Assembly (NCBI RefSeq): GCF_964213995.1
Contig: NC_135826.1
Span: forward strand, 36,704,001-36,768,000
From: Mustelus asterias
Taxonomy: Eukaryota
Length of the DNA stretch: 64,000 bases
Reading direction: 5' to 3'
The notes below the pieces were generated by a model that searched no databases, was not told the DNA's origin, and saw only the letters and a program-made list of their open reading frames with translations. The position numbers and the translations under genes are program-made. This document shows positions 36,525 to 48,200 of this stretch, in pieces; the first letter of the stretch is position 1; every line of letters starts with the position of its first letter.

Positions 36525-39323
36525 TTTATTATATGATCTTCAAGATTTTAACAGCAGAGGAAAAAAATCATTTAAAATCCATAAGCCAGTAGTGAGCCTC
36601 ATTTATATCCAATTAAAACTATTACAAAAGCTGAACTTCTACATGATACAATCTCACCTACAGTCACCAGTCTGAACATTTCTCACGAGTACCAGATAAA
36701 AAAACATCACCATTTAAAAAAAAATAAACATCCATTCACTTTTAATGTGCAGACACTAATTATTTTATTAATGAGTTTACATCCATCAGCAAAGCTCACA
36801 AGTCAAATCATGACCCCAATCGCTACCTCAACCATACTCTGCTTCCATCCTATCCTTTCCACGTCATCTCGCTACCTAGCTCCACTTCACTCAGTCCAGT
36901 TTTGAATTTTAAGTTATGGTAAACAAGAGACAGTGTTGCTCGCGTATGAGTTTACTCGGTTAGGGAGGTTATACAAGATCCTTACTTTGTGAAATCAGAG
37001 ATTTAGTATTGGCATACTCCCAGCACAGCCAAGGAGCTGTTGATCATCCGAGAGCTTTGCTGCCACTGAACCACCTGTGAATGAAGAGTGTGAGAGGAAC
37101 AGGCCAGATTGAGGGCACGGAAGGGTTTACTAGGATCTTTTCAAGCCAAATTAACAAGCAGATAAATTCAGGAATGGCAAGATTCCTGTACCAATCTTGG
37201 TTCACAGCCTGCTTTATAGCAAGTCACCAAAGCCGGTAGCTAGAGGAATGCACTGCCTGTGATTGTTTAAAAAACAATGAAATTGTAATGCATTGGAGTA
37301 AACACAGCCACACGTGCTTCCAGTGTTAGGTTAACTGCTTCCCAAATACAAGCTGACATAGAAGTTTTACTCCGTGGGCAGGCAGTTGTATTCGCCCAGC
37401 TTGTGTGTGATTTTTACTCATTTTCAGCAATTGCACTCGATCTTTTCAAAGTGAGCAGCAGTGTCAGTGCGGGCTGAGAGGCTCATTCATGTTCCATATT
37501 CCACTACAACACAACTACTCTCAATGGTATATTCTATTGTGATCACTCAGCATCAAACCCAGCAGTAAAACGATGAGCATTCCTACCCTTTCCGGCTCAG
37601 AAACTAACAGCATCAGGATTGCCTTCCTCCACACACAGCCTCACTAAACCTTTCTCAGCTGAGAATGAGCAAAAGGCAACAGCAGCTGTGCGACATTGGT
37701 CCTCTGTGCTGCTGAGATAGGGAGATGAAATCATTCAGTACACTCGCTCAAGATCTACATCCAGTAATTCTTGCTCGAAGGTCTGCATGTGGATATAAGG
37801 CAAGGACAGAATTAGCCTTGGCTGGAATGCCCTAAGCAATTCAATGGTCTGTGGGCATCATTGAGACACAGGAAAACTGCATAGGGTGACTGGCCCATGG
37901 GGAACTGTACTCCAGGAACAGGGCAGCTGTAACCCAGTGAGATTCAGCCCCCGGGGAGCAGTAACCCAGTGAGATTCAGCCCCCGGGGAGCAGTAACCCA
38001 GTGAGTTTCAGGCCCCAGGGATCTATAACCCAGTGAGTTTCAGGCCCCGGGGAGCTGTAACCCAGTGAGTTTCAGGCCTCGGGGAGCAGTAACCCAGCCA
38101 GACTCAGCCCCCGGGGAACAGTAACCCAGCCAGACTCAGCCCCCGGGGAACAGTAACCCAGCCAGACTCAGCCCTCGGGGAGCAGTAACCCAGCCAGACT
38201 CAGCCCCCGGGGAACAGTAACCCAGCCAGACTCAGCCCTCGGGGAGCAGTAACCCAGCCAGACTCAGCCCCCGGGGAACAGTAACCCAGCCAGACTCAGC
38301 CCCCGGGGAACAGTAACCCAGCCAGACTCAGCCCCCGGGGAGCTGTAACCCAGCCAGACGCAGCCCCCGGGGAGCAGTAACCCAGCCAGACGCAGTCCTC
38401 GGGGAGCTGTAACCCAGCCAGACTCAGCCCCCGGGGAGCAGTAACCCAGCCAGACGCAGTCCTCGGGGAGCTGTAACCCAGCCAGACGCAGCCCCAGGGC
38501 AGCTGTAACCCAGCCAGACTCAGCCCTCGGGGAGCTGTAACCCAGCCAGACTCAGCCCTCGGGGAGCTGTAACCCAGCCAGACTCAGCCCTCGGGGAGCT
38601 GTAACCCAGCCAGACTCAGCCCCCGGGGAGCTGTAACCAAGCCAGACTCAGCCCCCGGGGAACAGTAACCCAGCCAGACTCAGCCCCAGGTCAGCTGTAA
38701 CCCAGCCAGACGCAGTCCTCGGGGAGCTGTAACCCAGCCAGACTCAGCCCTCGGGGAGCTGTAACCCAGCCAGACGCAGCCCTTTCACGAGTGGAGAGGA
38801 GAAAGCTGCACATTGGGATCAACAAGTCACCTGAACTGCTGCATCTCACTGAAGTTGCTCCACATTGAAATCCAGGATCTTAAGACAGCATCAAAAGAAA
38901 AACTGACCATATAACAGAACTATAGAACACGACAATTAAACATTATTCCAAAACACAGATACACTGTCATTTGCAGTCTGATGAAAAGCTATATTCCTCC
39001 ATTGTGCGCGGAAATCTTCAACGTCAGGATTTATTGCAAGTCAGAAAACAAACTGCAACAAGGACAAAAACCAACTCCAAATCGATTGATTCAGGCAATC
39101 TTAGAAAAATCAAACATGTAGTTCAATTCAGGAAATACAAGGAGCAGTTTCGCTGTGCACGTCAACTGGTATCACGAGCAACTGGTTCCTCTTTAAAGAA
39201 TGGAGCCACTTTTAACACAACGCTGAGTCCTTTAATACTCAAAGTTTTAACACAAACTTCATCTTGGTTTAGTTGACAGGGGAAGGCAATGGATCACAAA
39301 TACTTTAAGGAAGACAATGGAAT
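36525..39323 (-). other. Putative non-coding terminal (3'UTR) exon of the CDC42SE2-like gene
   Basis: Strong acceptor (tttttctctttttttttcag) at 39324-39325; donor AG|gtaaat at 42157-42158, 31 nt after the stop; minus-strand AATAAA at 36764-36769 and 36525-36530. Confidence 0.5.
37927..38782. repeat. Minisatellite, 32-bp unit GTAACCCAGCCAGACTCAGCCCCCGGGGAGCT, about 26-27 copies
   Basis: Read directly; no unique spacers. Confidence 0.95.
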
Positions 39324-39859
39324 CTGAAAAAAAAAGAGAAAAACAATATGTACTTTAAGATAAGGGTCAAAAATAGCTGTTAGATGCCAGTCAGGACCAG
39401 CTGGCTTAGACACTGGTCAGATAACAGTTGGGTCAGATAGTGGGAAGTTACAGAAATGTTTAAAAACACACACCAGAAATAGTTACACTTTTGCTGGAAA
39501 AGATAAATTAAACTGATTTACATCTTAAAAAAACCACTTGAATAACATGGAGGATGTCAGGCAAATCTGTCCTCAGCTGATGTGGTTACACAGAACATCA
39601 ACACACAAGCAATAAGGGGGAGGGGAAGTCACTTGTGACAACAATATGCATTTATATTGCACCTCAAAGATAACATTTCCAAGGTACGAAGCAGCATAAT
39701 CAGGTTAAAAAAATGAAATAAAGTCAAAGGAGGACTGGTGGCCAAGAGCTGGTCAAGGACAAAGATTTGAAAGAGCTAAGTAAAGTTGGAGGTGCACAGA
39801 GGTCAGAATTGAAGGAATGCTAATTTTGCAGAGGTTTGTGGGACTGGATGCTGCTCATC

Positions 39860-40072
39860 CCCCTAACCTACACATCTTGGGAACACTAAGGGGCAATTTA
39901 GTATAGCCAATCCACCTAACCTGCACATCTTTGTGACTGTGGGAGGAAACCGGAGCACCGGGAGAAAACCCACGAAGACACGGGGAGAACATGCAAACTC
40001 CACACATTCAATCACCTGGAATTGAACACTGGTCTCTGGCGCAGTGAGGCAGCAGTGCTAACCACTGTGCCA
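39860..40072 (-). mobile_element. HE1-type V-SINE (partial)
   Basis: Head and V-domain on the minus strand. Confidence 0.8.
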
Positions 40073-42189
40073 TCCATGATGTTAACTCCATGGCTGCTAG
40101 GTCATTCTGCCCAAGAGAAGACTTCACTCTTCTGGGGTGATCACTCACTCTCAGTTCCCATTAGTGACCCACTTCTGCTGTATTGTTTTAAAGAGACAGA
40201 CATCACATACACAACAGGGTGAAAGTTGACATTATGTTTCTGGATGATGCCACTGAAGGACAGCATTGTAAATAAATAAGAGGGGTCCAAGGATAGGCCC
40301 TTTCAGGCCTCCAGAGAAAAGAGTAAAGGAGATTCTCTGGCTAAGACTGAATAGATAAGAGCGGTATCAAGACAAGGGCATTCCCACTCAGCAGGACAAT
40401 GGAGGAAGATGGTGGGCGCAACTATGGTCACAGTCAAATAGAAGCATTAAGTCATCTTCGTGATCAGGAGGGAAAATCCTGGTTGATTTTTTTCCACTTC
40501 CTACCCTGGGTAAACTATGGCCAATTCTAATGGTCAGCTGTGATCAATTACTTGCATAGATCAGAAATGGGAAATGACTTCCTTGTCTGTAGCAACTGAG
40601 TGAACAAACTCACTGAAACATCAGGGAATACAAAGGCCACTTTTTCTTGGTTTGTAATAGAGAGAATAAATTCCTTTTTATATGTTAAGTTGCCAGCCAT
40701 TGCGTAGCAAGATAATTACTATAACCACAACAAGCAGGAAATGAGACATGGATTTAACTTGACAAGCAATGACAAAGTCACTGTTGTACTGGGCCAAGAA
40801 AGATAGTAATAAAAAATATACCAGACTGGGTACATTCTTGAGGGAAAACTTAAATCACTCGCTCAAATAATGCTTTTATTTCAAGTTCACATTGCGGAAT
40901 AAGAAAGGAGGCACGGTGGTACAAAAAACCCCAAATATTCAAGGAATAAATAGGTTCTATCCTATGAGATTGCTTAATACATGAAGTTTATGCAGATTTA
41001 AAAAAACTTGCAAATTCATATAATGTAAGTTACAAAACAAATTGCTGATCAAATCTTTTCCATGACCAATAAGGTCATGACTGACCCAGTGATAAGGAAT
41101 GCCATTGTAGTGTGCCACAGTATACAAAACACTAACCTAATTGATAAATTAGATAATGTGGATAGCACCTGAATATTAATTATATACTAATAAATTGCTC
41201 GTGTCATTAAATGTGGTCAGTTAATGAGACTCTGTTGCCAATGAAGTTGGTAGACTTGAGATGGTGGACAGAACCATTAAGTGGTCACAGCCTTTGACTG
41301 CATTGTGACAGCTGACATAGGAAAATTGAACGGGTAAAGTTAATATAGCAATTTACAATGGTTAAGTGTTGACACCAAAGCATGATCATAAATTGTGAAA
41401 CGAGCTAAGATTTATATGCGAGTCTTAAGCAAGACTACTGGTATTAATGACTGGAAATAAGCAAAGGTAGCTGCAGAGGGGCTGGAAAAAAACCGTGATG
41501 AAGTAATTTTAAAGATATGTTTTTGAACAGGAAAATAAAATTAATAAATGCAATAAATAATTTTTTTTTAAAAAAAGAGACATTTTCAGGCCTGCTTGGG
41601 CCATACCTGGCATCACTTTTGTCTCTGACCTGGGAAAGACTCTCAGTGCATGGGGTGATGGTGGCAAGAGGTGTACAGGCTAAAAAGGACCCGAGTTTGA
41701 CGGCTGGGTTGTGCTGAGTTTGTTTTCAGCCAAGCTAGCCTCCAGGAGTGCGGGAGGAGAAAATCAGTCAGATCTTTAGTTAGCTGCAAAGGGCAATGTG
41801 TGTTACTGTCAAGCGTAGAATGAGACTTAACTGCAATGCCCTCCATGGTTTAACACCTTGCCAAGACTCAGTGTAGACTCATGGAGGACAGACACGACGG
41901 TAATTAGTGCCTGATGAATTGTACCTTAGCAAAAGCCAGCACCTTCAGTAGTGAAGCTGAGAAGAGAGTACCACTGCTATTTAAGCAGATGGTGATATTT
42001 ATTAATGGGTTACCCAAGTTTTTAAAATCCGTTAGCATATTAGAAGTGACTTTTATTAATGGATTTTCCCCAGAGTTCTGTAACACAGCACCATGGTAAT
42101 AGTGACTTGAGTCAATAATCAGTAGCACAGTAACAGCGATACTTACTAATGGATTTACCTGAGTTATGTTATTCATTAGCCAGGTAACA

Positions 42190-42291
42190 CTACGCTGCTG
42201 TCGTATCGATAAGTTGCATCGTTCGAATACTAATTGGCACTGTGTCACTGTAGCCGCCCTTAGATTGCATTTGGCCATGGACGTCAATCGT
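42190..42291 (-). CDS. CDC42SE2: CDC42SE2-like coding exon 3 (…QMQSKGGY…MQLIDTTAA*)
   Basis: Conserved QMQSKGGY and MQLxDT; pyrimidine-rich acceptor ttacag; TAG at 42190-42192. Confidence 0.9.
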   Translation of the reverse strand, partial: TIDVHGQMQSKGGYSDTVPISIRTMQLIDTTAA

Positions 42292-45200
42292 CTGTAACAG
42301 GAAGGAGAGTATTAGTATGTCTTTTTATAAACTACCAATGCTCCAAATAACAGACCTTTTCACTATCTCCCTCGGGGCTAGCATCATAAGTTGTCATTTC
42401 TATAGCAAGTCTATCAGTTGATCTCTCATTTAGTAGCACTTTCTACTGTAAATGACAGGGCAGAGATCGAGGTACCAGGTTCAGTCCACGCTTGTATGTA
42501 CTGAGTTAATTGAGTGCCTGCAGACTGGGCATGAAAAAAATCAGTCTTGCATGATCGGCCTCCCCAGACCCTTGATGAAAGGTATGGGTGTCAGGTCGTG
42601 CATGGGATCTTCTGAGCTGAATAGACAATACTCAATGCTCAGAATTCATACATGAAGACCAGCCACTTGGGTAGTACTGGAAGTGCAACCCAACATGAAT
42701 CAATGCCTTAGGGATTAGGTGCATTGGCCGTGCTAAATTCTCCCTCAGTGTACCCAAACAGGCACCGGAGTGTGGCGACTAGGGGATTTCCACAGTAACT
42801 TCATTGCAGTGTTAATGTAAGCCTACTTGTGACACGAATAAAATAAAATAAACTTAAAAAAGAGAGGAGGGGAGGAAAATAGGACAGAAATCCCGTTTTA
42901 ACTTGACAATTTAATTATAAATCTGGTGGTTTGCATTACCATCACTAGGTGGAGCCATTGCAACATTTTAGGACATATTTAGTTCTCCCTGTACGAGCAC
43001 ACTGGCTACATTCTTCTGGCCTGAAAACCGAGAAGGGCTGTACTGTATCAAAACCTTTCATCTGCTCTGCTGGCACATGATCTGTAGGTGAGAGCAAGAC
43101 TTCAAAGCTCCACCTCCATCCTTTCTAGATCCAGTGAGGGATGTGATTGTTGCCCTTCCTGCACAAACTCAGTTGCTCGGACTCCAACCCCTTACCAATC
43201 ACCCCCTTCCTTTGCCCCACCATTGACAGCCAAGGTCTTCAGCTGGCTTGTACCCCAAATTCTAGAATTCATAGCTCTGTCACTCTGGCTTTCTTTTTTT
43301 AAGGACTTTCCTTAAAACCCATCTCTTTGACCAAGCTTTAAGTCACCTTTACTCACGTCTCCTCTTTAGCTCGACAGCTAATCTATCTTCATTCCTTTAT
43401 GAAGCTATTTTGGGATGTTTCGCTGCATTAAAAGTGCAAACTGATGTTCATGGTATTTGCTCTAGATCATATATATTGTAATACGTGCTCATGACAGAAA
43501 GTATAAAAATGTTTGTTGACGGAACTATAAATTAATAAAAGAGGGAGAGAAAGGTTCAGGCAGATATAATCATAATTTAAAGATCATGAAAAAACAGAGA
43601 TGAGAGTAAAGATCAGGGTCTTTATCTTAACAGAGATAAAAATAAGAATCAGGGAATAGAAAAAGTTTTGTGAAGTAACAATAAAATGTCTGACAAAAAT
43701 AAAACAGGGGTAATAAAAATAGTGGAGTGATAGATTAACCGTGTACCACACAGAGTATCGGTAACAAACAGGAGAACTGAAGTTAATAATTAATAGTGGA
43801 GAAGTATAAATAATAAGGATAACAGAATTAAATGTGTGCAGATATCTTGGAGTCTTGTGGAGTTGGAGGAAGTTACAGAGATAGCAGGGGTGAGGCCTTG
43901 GGAGAAATTTGAAAACAAGGATGAGAATATTAAAATCAAGGCATTGCTTGACTGGGAGCCAATGGAGGTCAACGAGTACAGGAATGATAGGTGAACAGGA
44001 CTTGGTGCAAGTTAAGACAGAGGGCAGCAGAAACCTCCAGTTTACGGAAGGTACATAGGGAACAGGAGCAGGAGTAGGCTATTCGGCCCCTCATGTCTGC
44101 TCTACCATTCAGTGAGATCATGGCTGATCTTCTACCTCAACGCCGTTTCCCCGCACCATCCCCATATCCCTTGATGTCATTACTCGATAAATCTAAAACT
44201 GTACACAATATTACAGGTGTTATCTCACTGAGGCCCCATACAATTGTAGCAAGATATCTTTACTCTTGAACTCAAACGCTCTCGCAATAAAGGTCAACAT
44301 ACCATTTTAATCCGCACTTGCTTGCTGCAACTGCATGTTAGCTTTCAGTGACTCATGAACAAGAACACCCAGGTCCCTTTACATAGCAACACTTCCCATC
44401 TCTCACCATTTAAGAAATATTCTTAATTTCTGTTTGTGTTACCAAAGTGGATAACTCCATATTTTTGCACATGATATTCCAGCACATGGTCCCTAGCCTT
44501 GTATGCTATTCTATCTACCAAGTTCTTGCCCACTCCCTAAGCTTGTTGAAATCACCTTGAATCCTCCTCAAAACTCACATTCCCACCTAGTTTTGTGTCA
44601 TTAGCAAACTTGGAAATTTTACATTTGGTCCCCACGTCCAAATCGCTGACGTAGATTGTGAATAGCTGGGGTCTCAAGCCCCACTGGTCACAGCCTGCCA
44701 AGCTGAGAAAGACCTGTTTATCCCTACTCTCCTGTTTTCTGTCCATTAATCAATTCTCAACCCATGCCATTATATTACTCCAATCCCATGCTTTCTTGTT
44801 TCTTTTCCTAAATCTTTCTTTGTTTTTTTTTCCTAAACATTTGTGTGGGACCTTATCAAAAATCTTTGGAAAATCCAAATCATATCCACTGGATCCTCTT
44901 ATAAGTTCTGCCAGTCACATCCTCTTAAAAACACCAACAGGATTTATAAATTTCCCTTTTATAAATCCTTGTTGACTCTGCCCAACCCTAACATTATATT
45001 TGAATGTCCAGTTCTATCACTGATGCCAGGCTAACAGTTCTGTAGTTCTTCATTACATTTGGTATTCTTGCGAATGTTCTGATGAATGCAAGACAAAAAG
45101 CTTTGACGTGTCTTTTTCAGCAATATTCAAGGTGTGTAGTTCCCTGTTTCCTCTCTCCCTCCTTTCTTAAATAGTGTTACATTTGCTAACTTCCAATCTA

Positions 45201-48200
45201 CAGGAACCATTCCAGAATCTATAAAATTTTGAAAAATGTCCACCAATGCATTCACTATCTCGACAACTACCTCTTTCAACAGACTGAGATGCCAATCATC
45301 AGGTTCAGGGAATTTATCAACTTTTAGTCCCATTAATTTCTCCGGTACTCTTTTTTACTAATACTCATTTCTTTCAGTTCCTCATTCTCACTACTCACTT
45401 GATTCTCTTCGTATCTCTAGGAACTTTTTTGTATCTCTCTCCGTGAAGATAGTGTGAGGGTGGATGTTTTGTTTTTATTTTTTGGGGAATATTATGTTAT
45501 TTTGTAAAGCAGGGTGTGTGTCTGTGTGTACACCCACGTGTGTGTGTGTGAATGATTTGGGGGGTGGCACAGTGGTTAGCACTGCTGCCTCACTGTGCCA
45601 GGTACCTGGGTTCGATTCCCGGCTTGGGTCACTGTCTGTGTGGAGTTTGCATGTTCTCCCCGTGTCTGCGTGGGTTTCCTCCGGGTGCTCTGGTTTCCTC
45701 CCACAGTCAAAGATGTGCGGGTTAGGTGGATTGTCCGTGCTAAATTGACCCTTAGTGTCAGGGGGGTCTAGCTAGGGTAAATGCATGGGGTTATAGGGAT
45801 AGGGGCTGGGTGGTGGGATTGTGGTCAGTGCAGACTCAATGGGCCAAATGGCCTCCTACTGCCCTGTAGGACTCTATGATTTAACTAAGCTGGGGAAAGA
45901 TTAATAGCGACAACTTGTCTGGGAGAGTTGAAAGATAAAAGGAGTGAAGGTGCTAACTGCATATATTTGTAATAAGAGGGCATAGTAAAATAGATTTAAA
46001 GTAAATAGGTTAGACCTAGAAATCTGCTTAGGAGATACACTGGGCCTTGGTTTTTCAGCTGTTAAATTTCAAAGGAGAATAAGGAACTTTTACAACTTAC
46101 AAAGGTTTCATAAGTAAACAAATGAGTTATTACATTTTATCTGACCAGAAAGGAGAGTTAGTAGGAAAACATCCAAGTTTTTATATCTTGGAAGAGTTCA
46201 AAGAAGTGCTGAGGACAATGGAATCGAAAATGAAAGGGAAAAATGGATATTTATGGGGAGATGCTGAGCTGAGTTTTTGTTGGCTGTATGGGAAAAATAT
46301 CCTGGTGACAGCTCTGTACTGAGAGAAGGTGAGAAATCTGAAGCAGCTATCCAGAAACATCTTAGTTTTCAGAAGGCAGTGTCATTTCAGAATTCTCTTG
46401 GAGTTCCACAACAATGGAAGGATCTGAGAAGTCATGTGGCATGCCTTTAGTAAAGTGACAGATGTTTTGCCTTCAGTAATATTACTGGATTTTTAAAGTT
46501 AAAAATTTATAAGTGGTTGTTTACAAGAAGGTGTTTACTTGCGTGTTCTGAGCAAGTAGTTTATGGGAGGCTTTGTAAAACTGTTTTAACTGTGGAATTT
46601 TAATATTGTGTGTTTGTTCCTTTTCTTTTTGTCAATAGAAATAGAATTAAAAAGAAGATTTAAGTGTTACTAGAGTTCTGTGCTTCTGGGGTCAGTGGGT
46701 TTCTGCTCATTTTCAGAATACAAAAACCAGGTTATGACCAGTAAGACAAGTTTCCCTCTGGGACTTGGCATGCTCAGCAAATAACATCTACTGTGGTCAT
46801 AACAACAGACACAAAGTATTTATTTAGTTTTTCTGCCATCTCCTTATTACCCATTACAGTGCGTTTTATGTTTCTCACTAGTTTATTCTCATATTCTATT
46901 TCTCTGAAAATCAGCTTCTGGGTTTTCTTTTGCGGAATTCCAAAAAACTCCCATCCTCAGGTGTATTACTTTTATTGGCAACTTTAGCCTCTTCCTTTAT
47001 ATCTAATATAATCTTTAGCTTCTCCTGTTAGCCATGGTTGGATCACCTTCCTTTCTGGGTTCATACCTCAAAGAAATGTACTTTTTTTGTTAGCCACGTA
47101 TTAATTCTAGAAAGGCTAGATGTTTCCTGTCTACCATCATACCTTTTCATTTAGTTTCCCAATCTACCACAGCCAACATGCTGCTCATACCTTCAAAGTT
47201 TCCTTTGTTTAGATTTAACCTAGTCTCGGGTTGAACTACATAGCTTTCAAACATAATGTAAAATTCAACATATTACAGCTACTCTTCCCTCCAGGCTCCT
47301 GTTACTCCAACTGCAGAGCAAACAAATGAGTTCCCTAAACTCAGTCTTCTCGTAGCACCTCCATTAAACTGATGCCTTTACTGAATCCTGTCATTGATTC
47401 TTCAGTTAACTATTGTCCCACTAGCCATGTAGTTTTCTTCTCAGAGAGCTGAAAATCCCTGTTTTCTCTCTGGCCCACATACCCTCTGTCTCAACTCCTG
47501 TCTTCCATGTGTCTGTGTTACTGGATCACTGTCGCCAGGCAACAGTAAAGCTTTGCTGCTTTTTTCCAGAATCACTGAACTTGCAGCCCCTTTTAATGTA
47601 CCCCTTTAACTTCATGGTTGTAAGACCCCATTAAAAGTGTGTATATAAATATATACACACAAAGAAACCCAAAAGACCTGAAATCTTTCAGTTACAGGTC
47701 TATCCAGACACCCAGGCACCAAGGTTTATAAACAAAATCTAAATGAAACTAAACCATTTTTACCTTTCTTAGCACACAAGCATAAATTAAACTTGAAATT
47801 ATACATTGTTCATAACTTCATACCATAACAGATGCGGGATAAGCAGTCAGATAATTTGGCTACAGTCAAACAAAGTGGTGACGATGCACAGCTCAATGTC
47901 ATCAGCATGCATGTGGAAACTAAATCTGAGCTTTGCAATAATGTTGCTGAGGGGCCATAGATGAGAAATAGGAAGAGGCCAAAGAAAGATTCTTGGGGGA
48001 TACCAAAGATGATGGATCAGGAAGAGAAGCCACTGCAAGCGATATTTCTGATTGATATGAATAGAACCTGGCAAGAGCAGTTGCACCTAGCTGAACAACA
48101 GTAGAGAGGTTTTGAAGGAGAATGGTATGGTCTACCATGTCAAAGACTGCAGGCACCTCAAGAAGGAATAAACTGGGGAAGAAATCAACCATGAGAGAAT

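Larger units (their letters stand above)
44055..47290 (-). mobile_element. Degenerate CR1 LINE, interrupted at 45453-46804
   Basis: ORFs 44552..44746 ([14 protein letters not shown]) and 45127..45333 ([16 protein letters not shown]); CR1 3' tail near 44060. Confidence 0.85.

Noticed and set aside
37927-38782. Regular 32-38 bp repeats (also 53214-53900 and 29657-29941) as CRISPR arrays
   Set aside because: Units are head-to-tail with no unique spacers, there are no cas genes, and the context is a spliced eukaryotic locus.
41904-42287. 127-aa minus-strand ORF overlapping the last CDC42SE-like coding exon
   Set aside because: Different frame from the conserved QMQSKGGY frame, non-ATG start, and it runs through the predicted donor.
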